Source: a virus
Length of the DNA: 64,000 nt
IMG/VR virus record: IMGVR_UViG_3300002494_000025
Location: 1 to 64,000 of that record
Reading direction: 5' to 3' (one strand)
The position numbers and the translations under genes are program-made. The first letter of the stretch is position 1, and each line of letters starts with the position of its first letter. The notes under the pieces are model-generated. The model saw nothing but the letters and a program-made list of their open reading frames with translations, had not been told where the DNA came from and did no database searches. Positions 21,101 through 33,038 of the stretch are shown piece by piece.

Positions 21101-22475
21101 GTTTAGTAGTGAGACGTCCGCAAAAGACATTGCCCAAGCTTATAGGAATGTTTACGATGCCTTAGGTGGGACTGCAAAGAACGCTCTTGGCTTTATTGGC
21201 GATGGCGTTGATGTGCTCAAGAAAATTAGTGCGGACTTAGATGAAATCAGCAATCAAGTATTCGGGATTAGGAAGGAGATAGAAAAAGCACCGGGCGGGC
21301 CTGTAACTGAGACTGCAACTACAGCTCAAGGAAAAAGAGTAACAGAAATCACCGCGAATGTCAAAGAAACTCTCATTGGGGCTATTGCAAGTTTATTCTT
21401 AGGTCAAGAAGCTGGTGCGACGTTTGCTAATATGATTTTACCGTTTTTCAAGAACCTGCGGGGGAGTGAGCTCAAACACACTGTAGAGACACAGGATGAG
21501 ATTAAGAAGTACAAATTGTCTGATTTAGGCATACCCGGGCTTGGTGAGATAGCTGATATTGTTTTAAGTTTTGGTAACTGGGCAGATAAGCTTGTTTCTG
21601 ATGAGATGTTGCAACAGTATCGCAGTATGTACATCTATCCGGCCCAGCCTGGTGGAATAGCTGGTGGCGAAGGCAGGACCGAAACGATAGGTGACAAATT
21701 GATAAGCTTTTTGAACCAGTTACAGAATTTCCGCCCGTTTGGCATGTTCGAAAACTTGCCTGCGGTTGGCTCTCTTTTCGCTGCGGTTGACAATGTTTTC
21801 GGAATGCTTGGAGGGGCATTGCCAGGTATTGTGAAGAATCTTATCACGTTCGTTTACAGCCTTGAAAGCGTGCAAGCTGCGTTTTCACCAGTTAATACAA
21901 TCATCCAAGCGGCAACAGAGGTCCTCAAGCCATTTATCGATGATGCAATGCAGCCGCTTATACAAGTTTGGCGTGACATAGGCCGATATATTGGCGCAGC
22001 GTTAGTGCCAATAGTGCAGATATTTGGCGCAGTGTTGAAAATGCTGATGATTGTGCTCCAGCCAGTTTTAGATGCGGTCAGAATCGCGGGCAAGGTAGTT
22101 TTTATTGTCGGCAAGATTGTCTTGATGGTGGTTACAAAAATTGCGAACGCCATAATTGATGTGTTCAATTTCGTGATTGGCGTGATAAACAGCGCGCTTG
22201 GTTGGCTTGGCATAAAACTGTCTACTTTGCAAAAGTTGCAAGAAGAATCGTTGGAAGATATACTCAAACAAGCTGAGGAAATCTTTGGCAGCACAACGCT
22301 TGGAGCATCAAGCGGTGGAAGCGGTAGTGTCGGTGTAACAAGCAAGGCGGAAAACGTTACATACAACAATTACATCACGGTAAGTTTCGAGGACATGGTT
22401 ATAGCCGACAAAGAAGAGTTAAAGCGGCTTATAATAGACTCACTTAAGGAACTTGGCTTGTCAGTAGGCAAGTGA
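15132..22475 (+). CDS. Tape measure protein (TP901-like core)
   Basis: ~2447 aa, Ala/Leu-rich amphipathic; G...ETIGTGL..., [24 protein letters not shown] motif; no in-frame TAG. Confidence 0.92.
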   Translation: [2447 protein letters not shown]

Positions 22476-22484
22476 GGTGATTGG

Positions 22485-25400
22485 ATGTTTGCAATTACTG
22501 ATGTAAGCAATGACAACCTCAAGTCCGTCTATCTTGCAGACAAGGCCTTCAAAGTAGAGATGAAATACAAAGATGGCGCTTGGAAAGACATAACCAGCTA
22601 TGTAGAGGCAATAGAAATTTTCGAACAGCTCACGTACGACGGGAACAGCCCGATGAACAAAGTCGGCATCAGCCTGAGCAACATCAATGGGGAGTTCTCA
22701 CCCGCAAAGGTGGGGGCTCCTTTCAATGAGCCTGTTGTTACAGGCTCTTCACGCACATTCTTGACAACCAAATTCCCAATTCGAATCAGCGTAACAGCCA
22801 ATAGCACGACATATACGATTTTTAGAGGCTATGCGCACACAGTTAAGGACGAAGGTTTGAAAGCGGCAATAGAAGCTTACGACATTCTCTATTACCTTGC
22901 ACGCAAAAGGTACAAGAAAGCCCTGAGCTTTGCCAATAAGACGGCGAAAGAAATTGTGCAAACAATTTGGAATGATGTTAAAGGCAAGATAGAAAGTGAT
23001 TTCGGCACCGTCATCGCACTGACTTTCATTCCGGACACACCAACCAGCAAGGCACTAATAAACACCGATGCAAAAACTTATCTTGATGCCCTAAACAAGA
23101 TAGTTTCCGGCACTGGCGGTTATTTCAACTACAGAGCTCTCACCAATGAGCTGATTTTTGTATTCATGGGGGATGCAAGCTACGCAGAACCTTCCACCAC
23201 AAATGCTGTATCTTTTGCAACTACAAATACAATAAACAAGTTTAATTTAGAGCAGCCGGTGGATGTTACAAACTCTGTGACTGTCAGCGTAGATACCTAT
23301 GTTGACAAATACAATCCACCGCAAGCAGTTGACGATTGGTGGTACAAGTCCTTTGTCGACAAAGATGGCAAATTTGCACCAAACAACGGGATAATGCTAC
23401 CTGCAGGCTCTGTATCAAGTACCGATATTGATTTTGGGAGGGTTGGTTACGACCCAGAACAGCAGCTTGTACTGACGGTGTTTACATACTCTGTGGAAAC
23501 AAAAAACGATGGTGGCAAGATATATATAGCTGGTGGAAAGAAAATTGTCGCCATCGATTTTGGCAGTAACTTTTCAACTCCTGTTCCGTTTAATGTCAGT
23601 TTGGGCGATTGGGGGATGATAAAGGTACTGGATTACCAAATCAAAGCGCAAGGCGTCTGGTTAAAGATACAAAACAACACAGGGCTTAATCTTTCCATTG
23701 CTGAAGTAAGAATGCGTGTGAAGCCGTTGCTTGAAAGTGGCAAGAATACTGCGGAGTACAAGGTTAACGATCCAGACAATGAAATTTTCGTGGAACAAAG
23801 CATCGATGCAATATTTATAGAGCAAGGCGCAATGCAAAAGACAGCACAAGCTGTTCTGAGGCTTAGAGGCGCGCGAATCACCGGCGAGGTAGAGCTTTCC
23901 CAATTTGCCCCATTCCTAACAGTTGGCGGTGTGGTTAAGGTAACGCTACATGACACAAACTTTAACTCAACCGATGTGCTATTGACCGAAGTGCAGCACG
24001 CAATAAAGAAAGGGCTGTGCACTACAACCTTCCGGTTCGCTCATGTATTCTCACTTGCCACTACTGTCGCAAACGATTTGACCAGACCTGTGATGCCTGA
24101 AGCTTCCGGTGGAGCAAATATTGTAGGCAGCTTGTTGCCGCCAAGTACATTCGATGTCGACAACGAAAATCGGTACCTAAAAATCAGCATACCAAGAGTG
24201 AAAGAAGGCAACGGCAAAGAAAGCATTGCCAGATACTTTTTCGGCATCGACTGGGTTGAGACAGCTTCCTCTACTTTGTCCAAGCTCTATACATTTCTTC
24301 CACAGCCAGGCTATACATTCACAAGAAACAGTGTGGCATACTTACCAGCAGGTCCCTTGGTGGATGCAGGCAAGCCAAGACTTATAAAAAGCAAAACAAT
24401 ATCTATCGATGGCCCTACGACAAACTTAATAGAGCAGTTTGAGCCTGGGGCGAGTCAAGATTGGAGTATGTGGAACCATTGGAATAATGGAGCATACTGG
24501 TATTCCACCACTCAATACGACGATCCAGTTTGGGGCAAGGTTTTTTATGGTAGAGCTAAACGTGATGCGTGGGGCAATACATATATTTACAACTATTCAT
24601 CAAACATACCTGTTAATGCAGGTGTAACATATATTCTTAGTTTTTACATCAAAACGAACACGGACCGCACACAGTCATTTCTGGCCTACCTTACCCCAGA
24701 TTATAGTAACACTGTCGTTGCAACTGCCACACGAACATACAATCTCAGAGCAAATGAATGGATAAAAGTTGAACTACCACTTACACCCAACGTATCTTCC
24801 AACATACAATATGGTGTTCGATTTACAAATGTCCCAGACGGTCAAGAGTTCTGGATTGCATATCCACAAATTGTAGAAGACAAATACCCAGGTCAAGATT
24901 GGAGTAAATGGTCACATTGGGGTAATACATTGTATTGGAACACCAACATACAGTACGACGATCCAGTTTTTGGAAAAGTATTTAAGGGTGTTGCAGGTAA
25001 TGAATACAATAAATATTTGTATGATTATTATCCGTATACGTTTGTACCTGGCGCCATATATACAATGAGTCAGTAGGGTGTAACAAACTTGATAGACCAA
25101 TGGGAACCTGGGGCAAGTCAGGATTGGAGTAAATGGGACCATTGGAATCAGACAACATACTGGTACTCCACAACACAATACGACGATCCGGTTTGGGGGA
25201 AAGTTTTTTATGGTAGAGCCAGACGTGATGTGAATGGTCACACATATATTTATAACTATTTACCAACAGTAACTATTAATGCAGGAACCACATATATAGT
25301 TAGTTTTTATGTTAAAACGAACACAGATCTTGTACAACCGTTTAGGGTTTACTTTACCAGTGTTCATACTTATAATTCCGTTAACGTTCAAGTAACACGA

Positions 25401-26717
25401 ACATACAATCTCAGAGCAAACGAATGGACGAGAGTTGAACTGTTATTTACACCTTCTCAAACATATTCCAATCAAAAATATGGTATTGAATTTGTAAACG
25501 TCCCGGACGGTCAAGAATTCTGGATTGCATATCCACAAATTGTAGAAAATCAATATCCAACTCAAAACTAGAGTGTACTGGCACAATATACAATGGGTAT
25601 TTGGTTACGTGGTGATACACAATGGACTGGAAATGTACGATTTTACGTTAATAATGCATCTACTAACCAAGCTTTACCAAATGGTGATCAAATTAAAACA
25701 ATTACCATCGATACCAATTGGAAATATTTTACGTGGACAGTAACACCTACTATAACACAAGTAACAACCGGTGGTTTGGGTATAGAATTTCAAAATCTAC
25801 CAGGGGGTTACACACTTTATGCATAGTTACCAAAATTTGAATAGAATACAACATAGACGGAATTTTTACCACTTCCAGTCTATGTACAAAAATCCGATTA
25901 TCCATTTCCAATTTTTAACCTAAATAATCAGTTTGACTTAAGATAGAATCAAGATTGGACAATCACCTTTGAATATATACCCTTTAACTCCGATACACAA
26001 ACATTGTTATCGAACCCAAAAACATTCACACTGTTTAGTTTGGGAACCCTTAATCCAGCAAATATAAAAAATATAAAAGAATATAATTCTGATGCAATGG
26101 ATTTCGTAAAAAGTTTATAGTTTTATGTGTCTCAATTGTTGGTAACATCTAATAATCTATTCGTACCATATAATATTAATATAGATAATCTATTAGTTAC
26201 AAATACACAAATTACTCTCACTTTAATGAGTCAATTTCAACACTATTCTGGTGAAAACGTTATTGTCACATCTACCTCACCAGTGACTATATAGTTAAAT
26301 GACTTCCTATTCAAAAAACACTTGGTTATCGTTACATATTCTAACACCACAAAAACCTTAACAACTATTGTAATACTATCAAACAATCAGATCTTACAAA
26401 CAAACATTCAAATTAAATCAACTGTAGATGATGTTATGTGGACATTTAGATATTTATCTAATATGAACTATACCGACGGAGATTTAATACTTGGTGGTGT
26501 TATTGATTCTAAACAACTAATTAGTAGTTATAAATTATAGAGTTTTGTATTTAGACCAATTACTATATAGAATGCATTATACAAGAATCTTACATTAGTG
26601 AAAAATTATTATACGAATCCAACAAATCTCAATACAAATGTATTTACAAGTATTACACTGGGAAAAGATTTACAAAGACGAAATTCAAACGGCTTTTATA
26701 ACGTATTAATTTTATAA
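22485..26717 (+). CDS. Tail/receptor-binding protein spanning the segment junction; 1410 aa if TAG is read as sense (10 in-frame TAGs, all from 25074 on)
   Basis: Track ORFs 22485, 25089, 25593 and 26322 share one frame, are separated only by TAG, and the first TAA is at 26715. Repeated QDWSxWxHW...QYDDPVWGKVF modules; YA*LPKFE*NTT*TEF resembles the E.G..AT.F ending of carbohydrate-binding-like modules. Confidence 0.7.
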
Positions 26718-26734
26718 TAAGGGGGTTTATATAA

Positions 26735-27946
26735 ATGATTACCAAATCAACATCAAATATTGAAAACTTCCTTTCCCAAAAAGAAATAAAAGATCTATTA
26801 ACAAAAATTGTTAACATTGAACAACAACTAAATCAAATAACTAACTCTTAGTTTACTATAAATGGAACCTTAACATAGTCTGGATTAGTTGTTACGGGTA
26901 CTGCCCAATTTCCTGTCAATTCAATAAATGGTAGTTAGATTCTCGATAATACAATATCAACATAGAAACTTACTGATGGTTAGATTACAACATAGAAACT
27001 TGCAGCTGGTTAGGTTACTGCTTCTAGAATTGGTAACTATCAAGTCACATCGGATAAGATTTAGGATCAATCAATCCATTCATGGCATATTGATAGTAAT
27101 TAGATCCAAACATGGCATATCAATAATAATTAGATTACATCAGATAAGATATAGCAACTAACTGGTGATTTAGTTTTCTCAGAAACTGTTTCTGGAAAAG
27201 GTATTCATTGGAACAATAAAAATAATCCGGGTACTGATTATTAGTTCATTAAATATTATTAGGATGTAAGTGAATATTCATCATCATATGATATATCAAG
27301 TGGTTCTAATAATAACGGGACACTAATAATAGGTGTTGAAAAAGATCTTAATAGTACATCCGGAGAACAAGTTATCATACGGACTGGTTCACGACTAATA
27401 ATTGATTAGAATGCCGGTAATTAGACAACACAAGAACCAATCAACATTGTAGAATTTTGGAAAGAGGGTACACAAATGGCTAAGATTGATATAAACGGTG
27501 CTATATATGGTTCTAAAGTGTACAATGCAGTTTGGAATGACCTTGCAGAACTTCGTGATTAGGAAACAACAATAGAACCTGGTTATGTATAGTTTATGAA
27601 TGAACAAACTGGTAAGTTAACAAAAAAGTATCACAAATATGCAGTTGGTATTGTGTCAGATACATATGGTATTATATTAGGATTAGATTCCAAATCAAAG
27701 AAAATCAAAAAAGGACAAGTACCAATATAGATATCAGGACGTGTCTTATAGCACTTCTCTGGTAAACTAAAAGTTGGGGATTAGGTTTGTTAGTAGAAGG
27801 ATGGAACTGTTCGAAAAATGAAATGGTGGGAAAAAATACTCTTCCCAGAAAGATTAATAGGTATCGTTGATGAAATACCCATGTATGAAACTTGGGGTGA
27901 AAATAACGTAAAAGTTAATGGTCGTATATGGATTAAAGTTAAATAA
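26735..27946 (+). CDS. Tail fibre protein, recoded (403 aa, ~22 TAG)
   Basis: Continuous frame with only TAG stops; ST*KLTDG*ITT*KLAAG*VT matches DGAITTAKLA fibre repeats; C-terminal VYNAVWNDLAE...VPI*ISGRVL*...GD*VC**KDG...NGRIWIKVK fibre domain. Confidence 0.85.
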
Positions 27947-28042
27947 CACTATAAACTTGTATCTGTATATGATGTGATTTACTGAAACTTACAATAGCAG
28001 AGTATATAAAACAATTACATTTTATAGGGGAGGAGATTGATT

Positions 28043-28705
28043 ATGACGAATGTTTGTCAACAAGAATCCATGGATAAAAGAACACAGGATATTAATGATA
28101 TTATGTATGTTACAAATGAATAGTTACAATTCTTCCAAGATATGAGTTTTAATCCGAATTTCTTGAATCACATGAGTGGTATACCATTAAGAACCATTAC
28201 TGATTTTATACAGATAGAAAAAAATCGTATAATCGATATCATCAATGGTAAGGTTTCAAGTGATTTCAAATTCACAAACCAGAGTTTAAATGTATCATGG
28301 TTTAATAATACATTATTGGGATTTCTTGAACGACTGAAAAATTTTGTATATTATAACAAAACGAATGATAAACAAAAATCACAAATTAGATTGTTATTAC
28401 ATTTTCTATATAATTGGACACAATTACTTGATGATAAGACATTGAGTGGGGAGAAACAAAAACTACAAAATATGATTAACCAAATAACTGAAATAATTGA
28501 TAATTTTTACAGTTTTGTGGAAATAATTTACCTTATGAGGGAATAGGGAGAGAATTTAAAGAAGTGGAATTCCTTCCGTCCGGCAGGATTGGATATTGCA
28601 CCACATATGTTAGATATACTTTATCAAAAACTTGAGAATGGTGAACAACCAGACCTGTTATTACAACAAAAATCAGAAGAAATGTTAAAACAAACAGAAC
28701 AATGA
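28043..28705 (+). CDS. Hypothetical helical protein, recoded (2 TAG)
   Basis: RBS GGGGAGGAG, ATG 28043, TAGs at 28121 and 28544, TGA at 28703. Confidence 0.7.
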
Positions 28706-28751
28706 TACAATCATATACTCCAAATTGTCAACATAGAAGGATGTGATAATA

Positions 28752-30236
28752 ATGTCAAATGTAATAAAACAGTCTGTAACGAAGTCAAGAAATATTGATA
28801 GTTTGAAATTTGTATAGATTGAACACGAAAGTAGTTAGGTTTGTAACCTATAGTGTAAGTATTGTTATATTCCCAAACTTTCATCATAGACAAAAACAAA
28901 TCAATTGATCATTGAGTCAATCAAAAATGGAACATTCGTTGATTATCTAAAAACAATATATGATAAAGATAAACTTGAGTCGTACTCATTATGGGGTACA
29001 GAACCAACAATATTAATACCAGTGTTTATTAAATATAACTTTTTTGAAACACTACTCAACGAGTTTCCCAAACTACACACATTTTCATTATCTACAAATT
29101 TAATTAGAAATATTCATACACTAATCACATTTCTAGAACATGTTGATGAATTGTAGGTTAAGTTAAATAGACACATTAATATTGGTATACAATTGAGTTT
29201 AGATGGTATTAAGGAAATTAATGATAAAAATCGTATTTTGATTACCGGTGATGAAAACCATGAGATTGGTTCTTTTGATTTAATACTTGAAACTCTGCAA
29301 AAATTATCGGAATATTATAAAACACATGAATTCAAAAATATCCGAATATCACACAACTATAAACCAACAATTGATGGTGAAGACATTAAATGGTTATTAT
29401 CAACTCCAGAAAAATTACTTGAAACACATAAATTGTTTGAGTATATTACATCGTTGTTTTTAGATGTTAATAAGAATGTTTCAATTCAGACAGGAACATC
29501 ACTCACATTAGCAGTTCCTGGAAGTTATACACCTGAAGATGGTGTGAATTTTTAGAAACTAATACAGATGTTACACGATGAAGTTGTTCCATATACACAA
29601 TCTCATAATAGTACATTTGTATTTGTAGTACCATATGTACATGATCTTGTACAATTACTTAGTAACACACTTGTTAATATTGATACCCCACGAACAAGAA
29701 ACAATTCAGCACTCTCTTGTTCTTAGGGTGACACAATGATTGGACTCTCTCCAGATGGTCAAATAAGTATCTGTCATTCCACATTTTTCTTCTCAAATCC
29801 AGAGTATCTCAAAATCTTCCTTGACACACCATAGTATCAATTAAAACAACGAGACTTTATAAAACAATATTAGATACTGACACCCAACATTAATAGTCCT
29901 AATTATGAGTTTGAAGAATAGAGATTATTGTATGTAATACGTAGTTATCACGATTACTTACGTATGAGAAAAGATACAATATAGACACAACTATTATTTA
30001 CTGCCAAGTATGGTAATTCAAATGTTGACAAACTCCTTCTTGAAGATAAAACATATTTACAAATTTAGTAGTTGTTTTTAACATCAAGATTTGCATGTCC
30101 ATTTAATTCAATAGCACTAACAGGTACACTACATACTCAACCACAATCAATAATTAATATATGGTAGTATGGATAGTTTAGAAAAATCTTCAAATATGCA
30201 TTGGATGAAATGAAAACAATTGTAAGAAGGGGTTGA
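28752..30236 (+). CDS. Radical SAM enzyme with twitch/SPASM-like region, recoded (494 aa)
   Basis: CNL*CKYCY (CxxxCxxC), LWGTEP, QLSLDG, CS*GDTMIGLSPDGQISICH; only TAG interrupts the frame, ends TGA. Confidence 0.88.
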
Positions 30237-30241
30237 TATAT

Positions 30242-31837
30242 GTGATTGTGGAAGTCCAAATTACAGATACAAGTGATGAATATAAACAGTCAAGTAAACA
30301 AATAATCAGTAACTATTTAAACGATACATATTTTAAGTAGTGGAGATTAATATACAAACTCAGAAAAGAACACCCTGAATTTTCAAGAATGGAATTAGAA
30401 AAATTACTACCAAATCAAGTAGTTGTTCAAAGTGCACTTGAACTAAATTTTGGTACAAACTGTTCTACAACATGTACGTACTGTTACTTGGATAGATTTA
30501 GTCGAAAAAGTGGTAAATATGATGAAACCAAATTGTATCCATTTAGTTATACACAATATGAAGAAAATTTACGAAAGTTTTTAAAGTTCTTAGAAATTAA
30601 CAAAATGACACCAATATCAATTGACCTGTTTGGTGGAGACACGATATTTAATAAATATGGTTTACTCACACTTGATATATTGTATGAACACTATTCTAAA
30701 CTCCCAATAGAGTACAAACCATTTGAAATTGTAATTCCAACAAATGGTACATGGATTAGTTCAGATAGTTTAACCGAAAAATAGATATCATATATTGAAA
30801 AATTCCGTAACATTGGAATTGGTTTGTTTTATTCATTGTCATTTGATGGATTGTTAGAATTACATAACAGACCAAGTTTAATTGAACATGTACTACAACG
30901 TGATAAAAAATCAGAAGAATATGTTGACAAAATGTTTCGATTATAGAAACAATATCATATGGGATTCCATCCAATGGTTTACTCTAACAAGATTGAATAT
31001 TGGATGGATAACTTTATCTGGTTCCAAAAAATGTTTTACAAGTATGGTATTAACCCATTTAGTTTGTATCTATTGGAAGTACGTAATGTTGAATGGTTAC
31101 CACGTCAATAGGTTGAGTTGGGAACATTTGTCAGATTTCTAACAATATTTGCACATAAAGTGTTTGGGTATGTGGGAAATACAATTGTTGTGGATGAAAA
31201 TGATATGAAACAAAGAGAACGATTTCAACAATAGTGGAATATTTTGAATAGTCCATTTACAAAAATATATCGTGGTGTTGGATGTTCATTACAAACAACA
31301 TTACAACTATCCGTATAGGAATTAACAGTATCACCATGTCATAGAAACAACTATAAAAATCAAGTCGGTTTCAAATTCATAATCAGTGATAACAATTACT
31401 CACTTGATATTGAACCATATAATTTTGAATATTATATGTTACTTAAAACATACAATGTAACGAACCAACCATATTGTCAAACATGTATACTCCGAAATAC
31501 TTGTAGTGGACTTTGTCCTGCATCACAGTATGAGAACTTTGCAGAACCAACCGTACCAATACCAACCACCTGTATGTAGGAATATTTTAAAAATATTGGT
31601 ATCATATACACATTATCGGAACTTGGATTTATACCACAACTTAACAATAATTATTCAATGGATTTAATCATGAAATTTATTCAAGAAAATCCTAAATTTG
31701 TAAAGTTGTTAAAATCAAAGGAAGATGTTATTCACCAAAAAATACAACAATTTAAAGAATTAACAAGTATTCAAAATGTTGATAGTATACCAATATTTAC
31801 GGATTATGAACGTAAAATTTTTTTCAAGGAGGTATGA
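30242..31837 (+). CDS. Radical SAM/SPASM enzyme, recoded (531 aa)
   Basis: CSTTCTYCY, LFGGD, PTNG, SLSFDG, GC...PCHR, CQTCILRNTCSGLCP..C SPASM cysteines; GTG start, ends TGA. Confidence 0.88.
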
Positions 31838-31844
31838 TATTTTT

Positions 31845-32972
31845 ATGATGTTACAGATAGATATTAACTTACTTCAACAACACAATTTTGATGTTAAAAA
31901 GATCTTATCTAATATAGATAAAAACTCACCAACGTTTATATTCATTGGTCTTAGTTATGGTGGTGGTATTGAAATTTCAACCAAAAGATATATAAAAATT
32001 ATGAGTTCTGTATTGGATCGATTTTATCATAGTTACAACCTTATACACATTTTTGAACAAGGTTTGTCTGAACAAACTGTTTATGATCTTTATAAACAAC
32101 TGTTAACATATAACATTAAATTAATATTCATCAATGAAGTTGGTTTAGACAATAGATTTTTGAAAATACTCAGGTTAATACCAGATTACAAACTTGTACC
32201 AATATATTATCACTATCACTCAACAAGTAGTAATTTGTTTAAATCGGTGAATTTTCAAGACTTAATAAGACCATTTGTGGAAAATTTTAATGTTAAGTTT
32301 ACAACACCGGTAATGGCAACATATCAACTATGTTTGGAGAATCAATTTTATGATTGTACGTATGTACCATTTCCAATAGATCCAGATAATGTTAACAAAC
32401 AACTTGTACCAACACATGAAAGATTAATCGATTTTTATATTCAGAAATCAGTTCAACCACATACACTTAAGTTATTATTACAATATATCTGTGACAATGA
32501 GAAAACATAGATAATACGATATTTAAAAGATATAAGGTCTGATAACACAAAACATATACTTGAAGAAGTTACTCAAATTGTTGAATAGTACAAAAATAGT
32601 AACATTATTTACAAACCACATGATTCTTTGATTGATAACATTGACTATTATTATAGTATATCTAAATTTTATTACACACACCCACAATCAGAATTATCAT
32701 CAATTGCAACGTTGGATTAGATGGTAAATGGTTGTGTCCCAATCATACACAATCTTAATACACATAACTATACCGATTATTCTGATTATAAAAAATATTC
32801 ATTATATTAGATATATCAATCACCAGTTGAAACTGATGAACATTTTATTACAACTACTGTTCCTGAAAAACTTAATTAGTGTGATGATGATTTTAGAAAA
32901 CAAATGAGGGATTTTGTAATCGATAACTATTATTATACAGTTTTGAAATTCTTTGAAACTATTTGTGTGTAA
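31845..32972 (+). CDS. GT-B fold glycosyltransferase (GT4-like), recoded
   Basis: N-terminal GGGIE, YYHYH, PFPID; C-terminal HPQSELSSIATLD*MVNGCVPII matches the PS..E.F....EAM..G.PVI motif. Confidence 0.75.
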
Positions 32973-33038
32973 TTGTTTGATTTAATCTTAATTTAAAAAT
33001 AACCACTTTAGTTGTAAGAATATGGTGGTGATACAACA

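Noticed and set aside
15083-22369. Many minus-strand ORFs
   Set aside because: Antisense shadows of the tape-measure gene.
24421-25560. Diversity-generating retroelement TR/VR pair
   Set aside because: Both copies are coding in the same frame, differences do not look adenine-specific, and there is no reverse transcriptase in the window.
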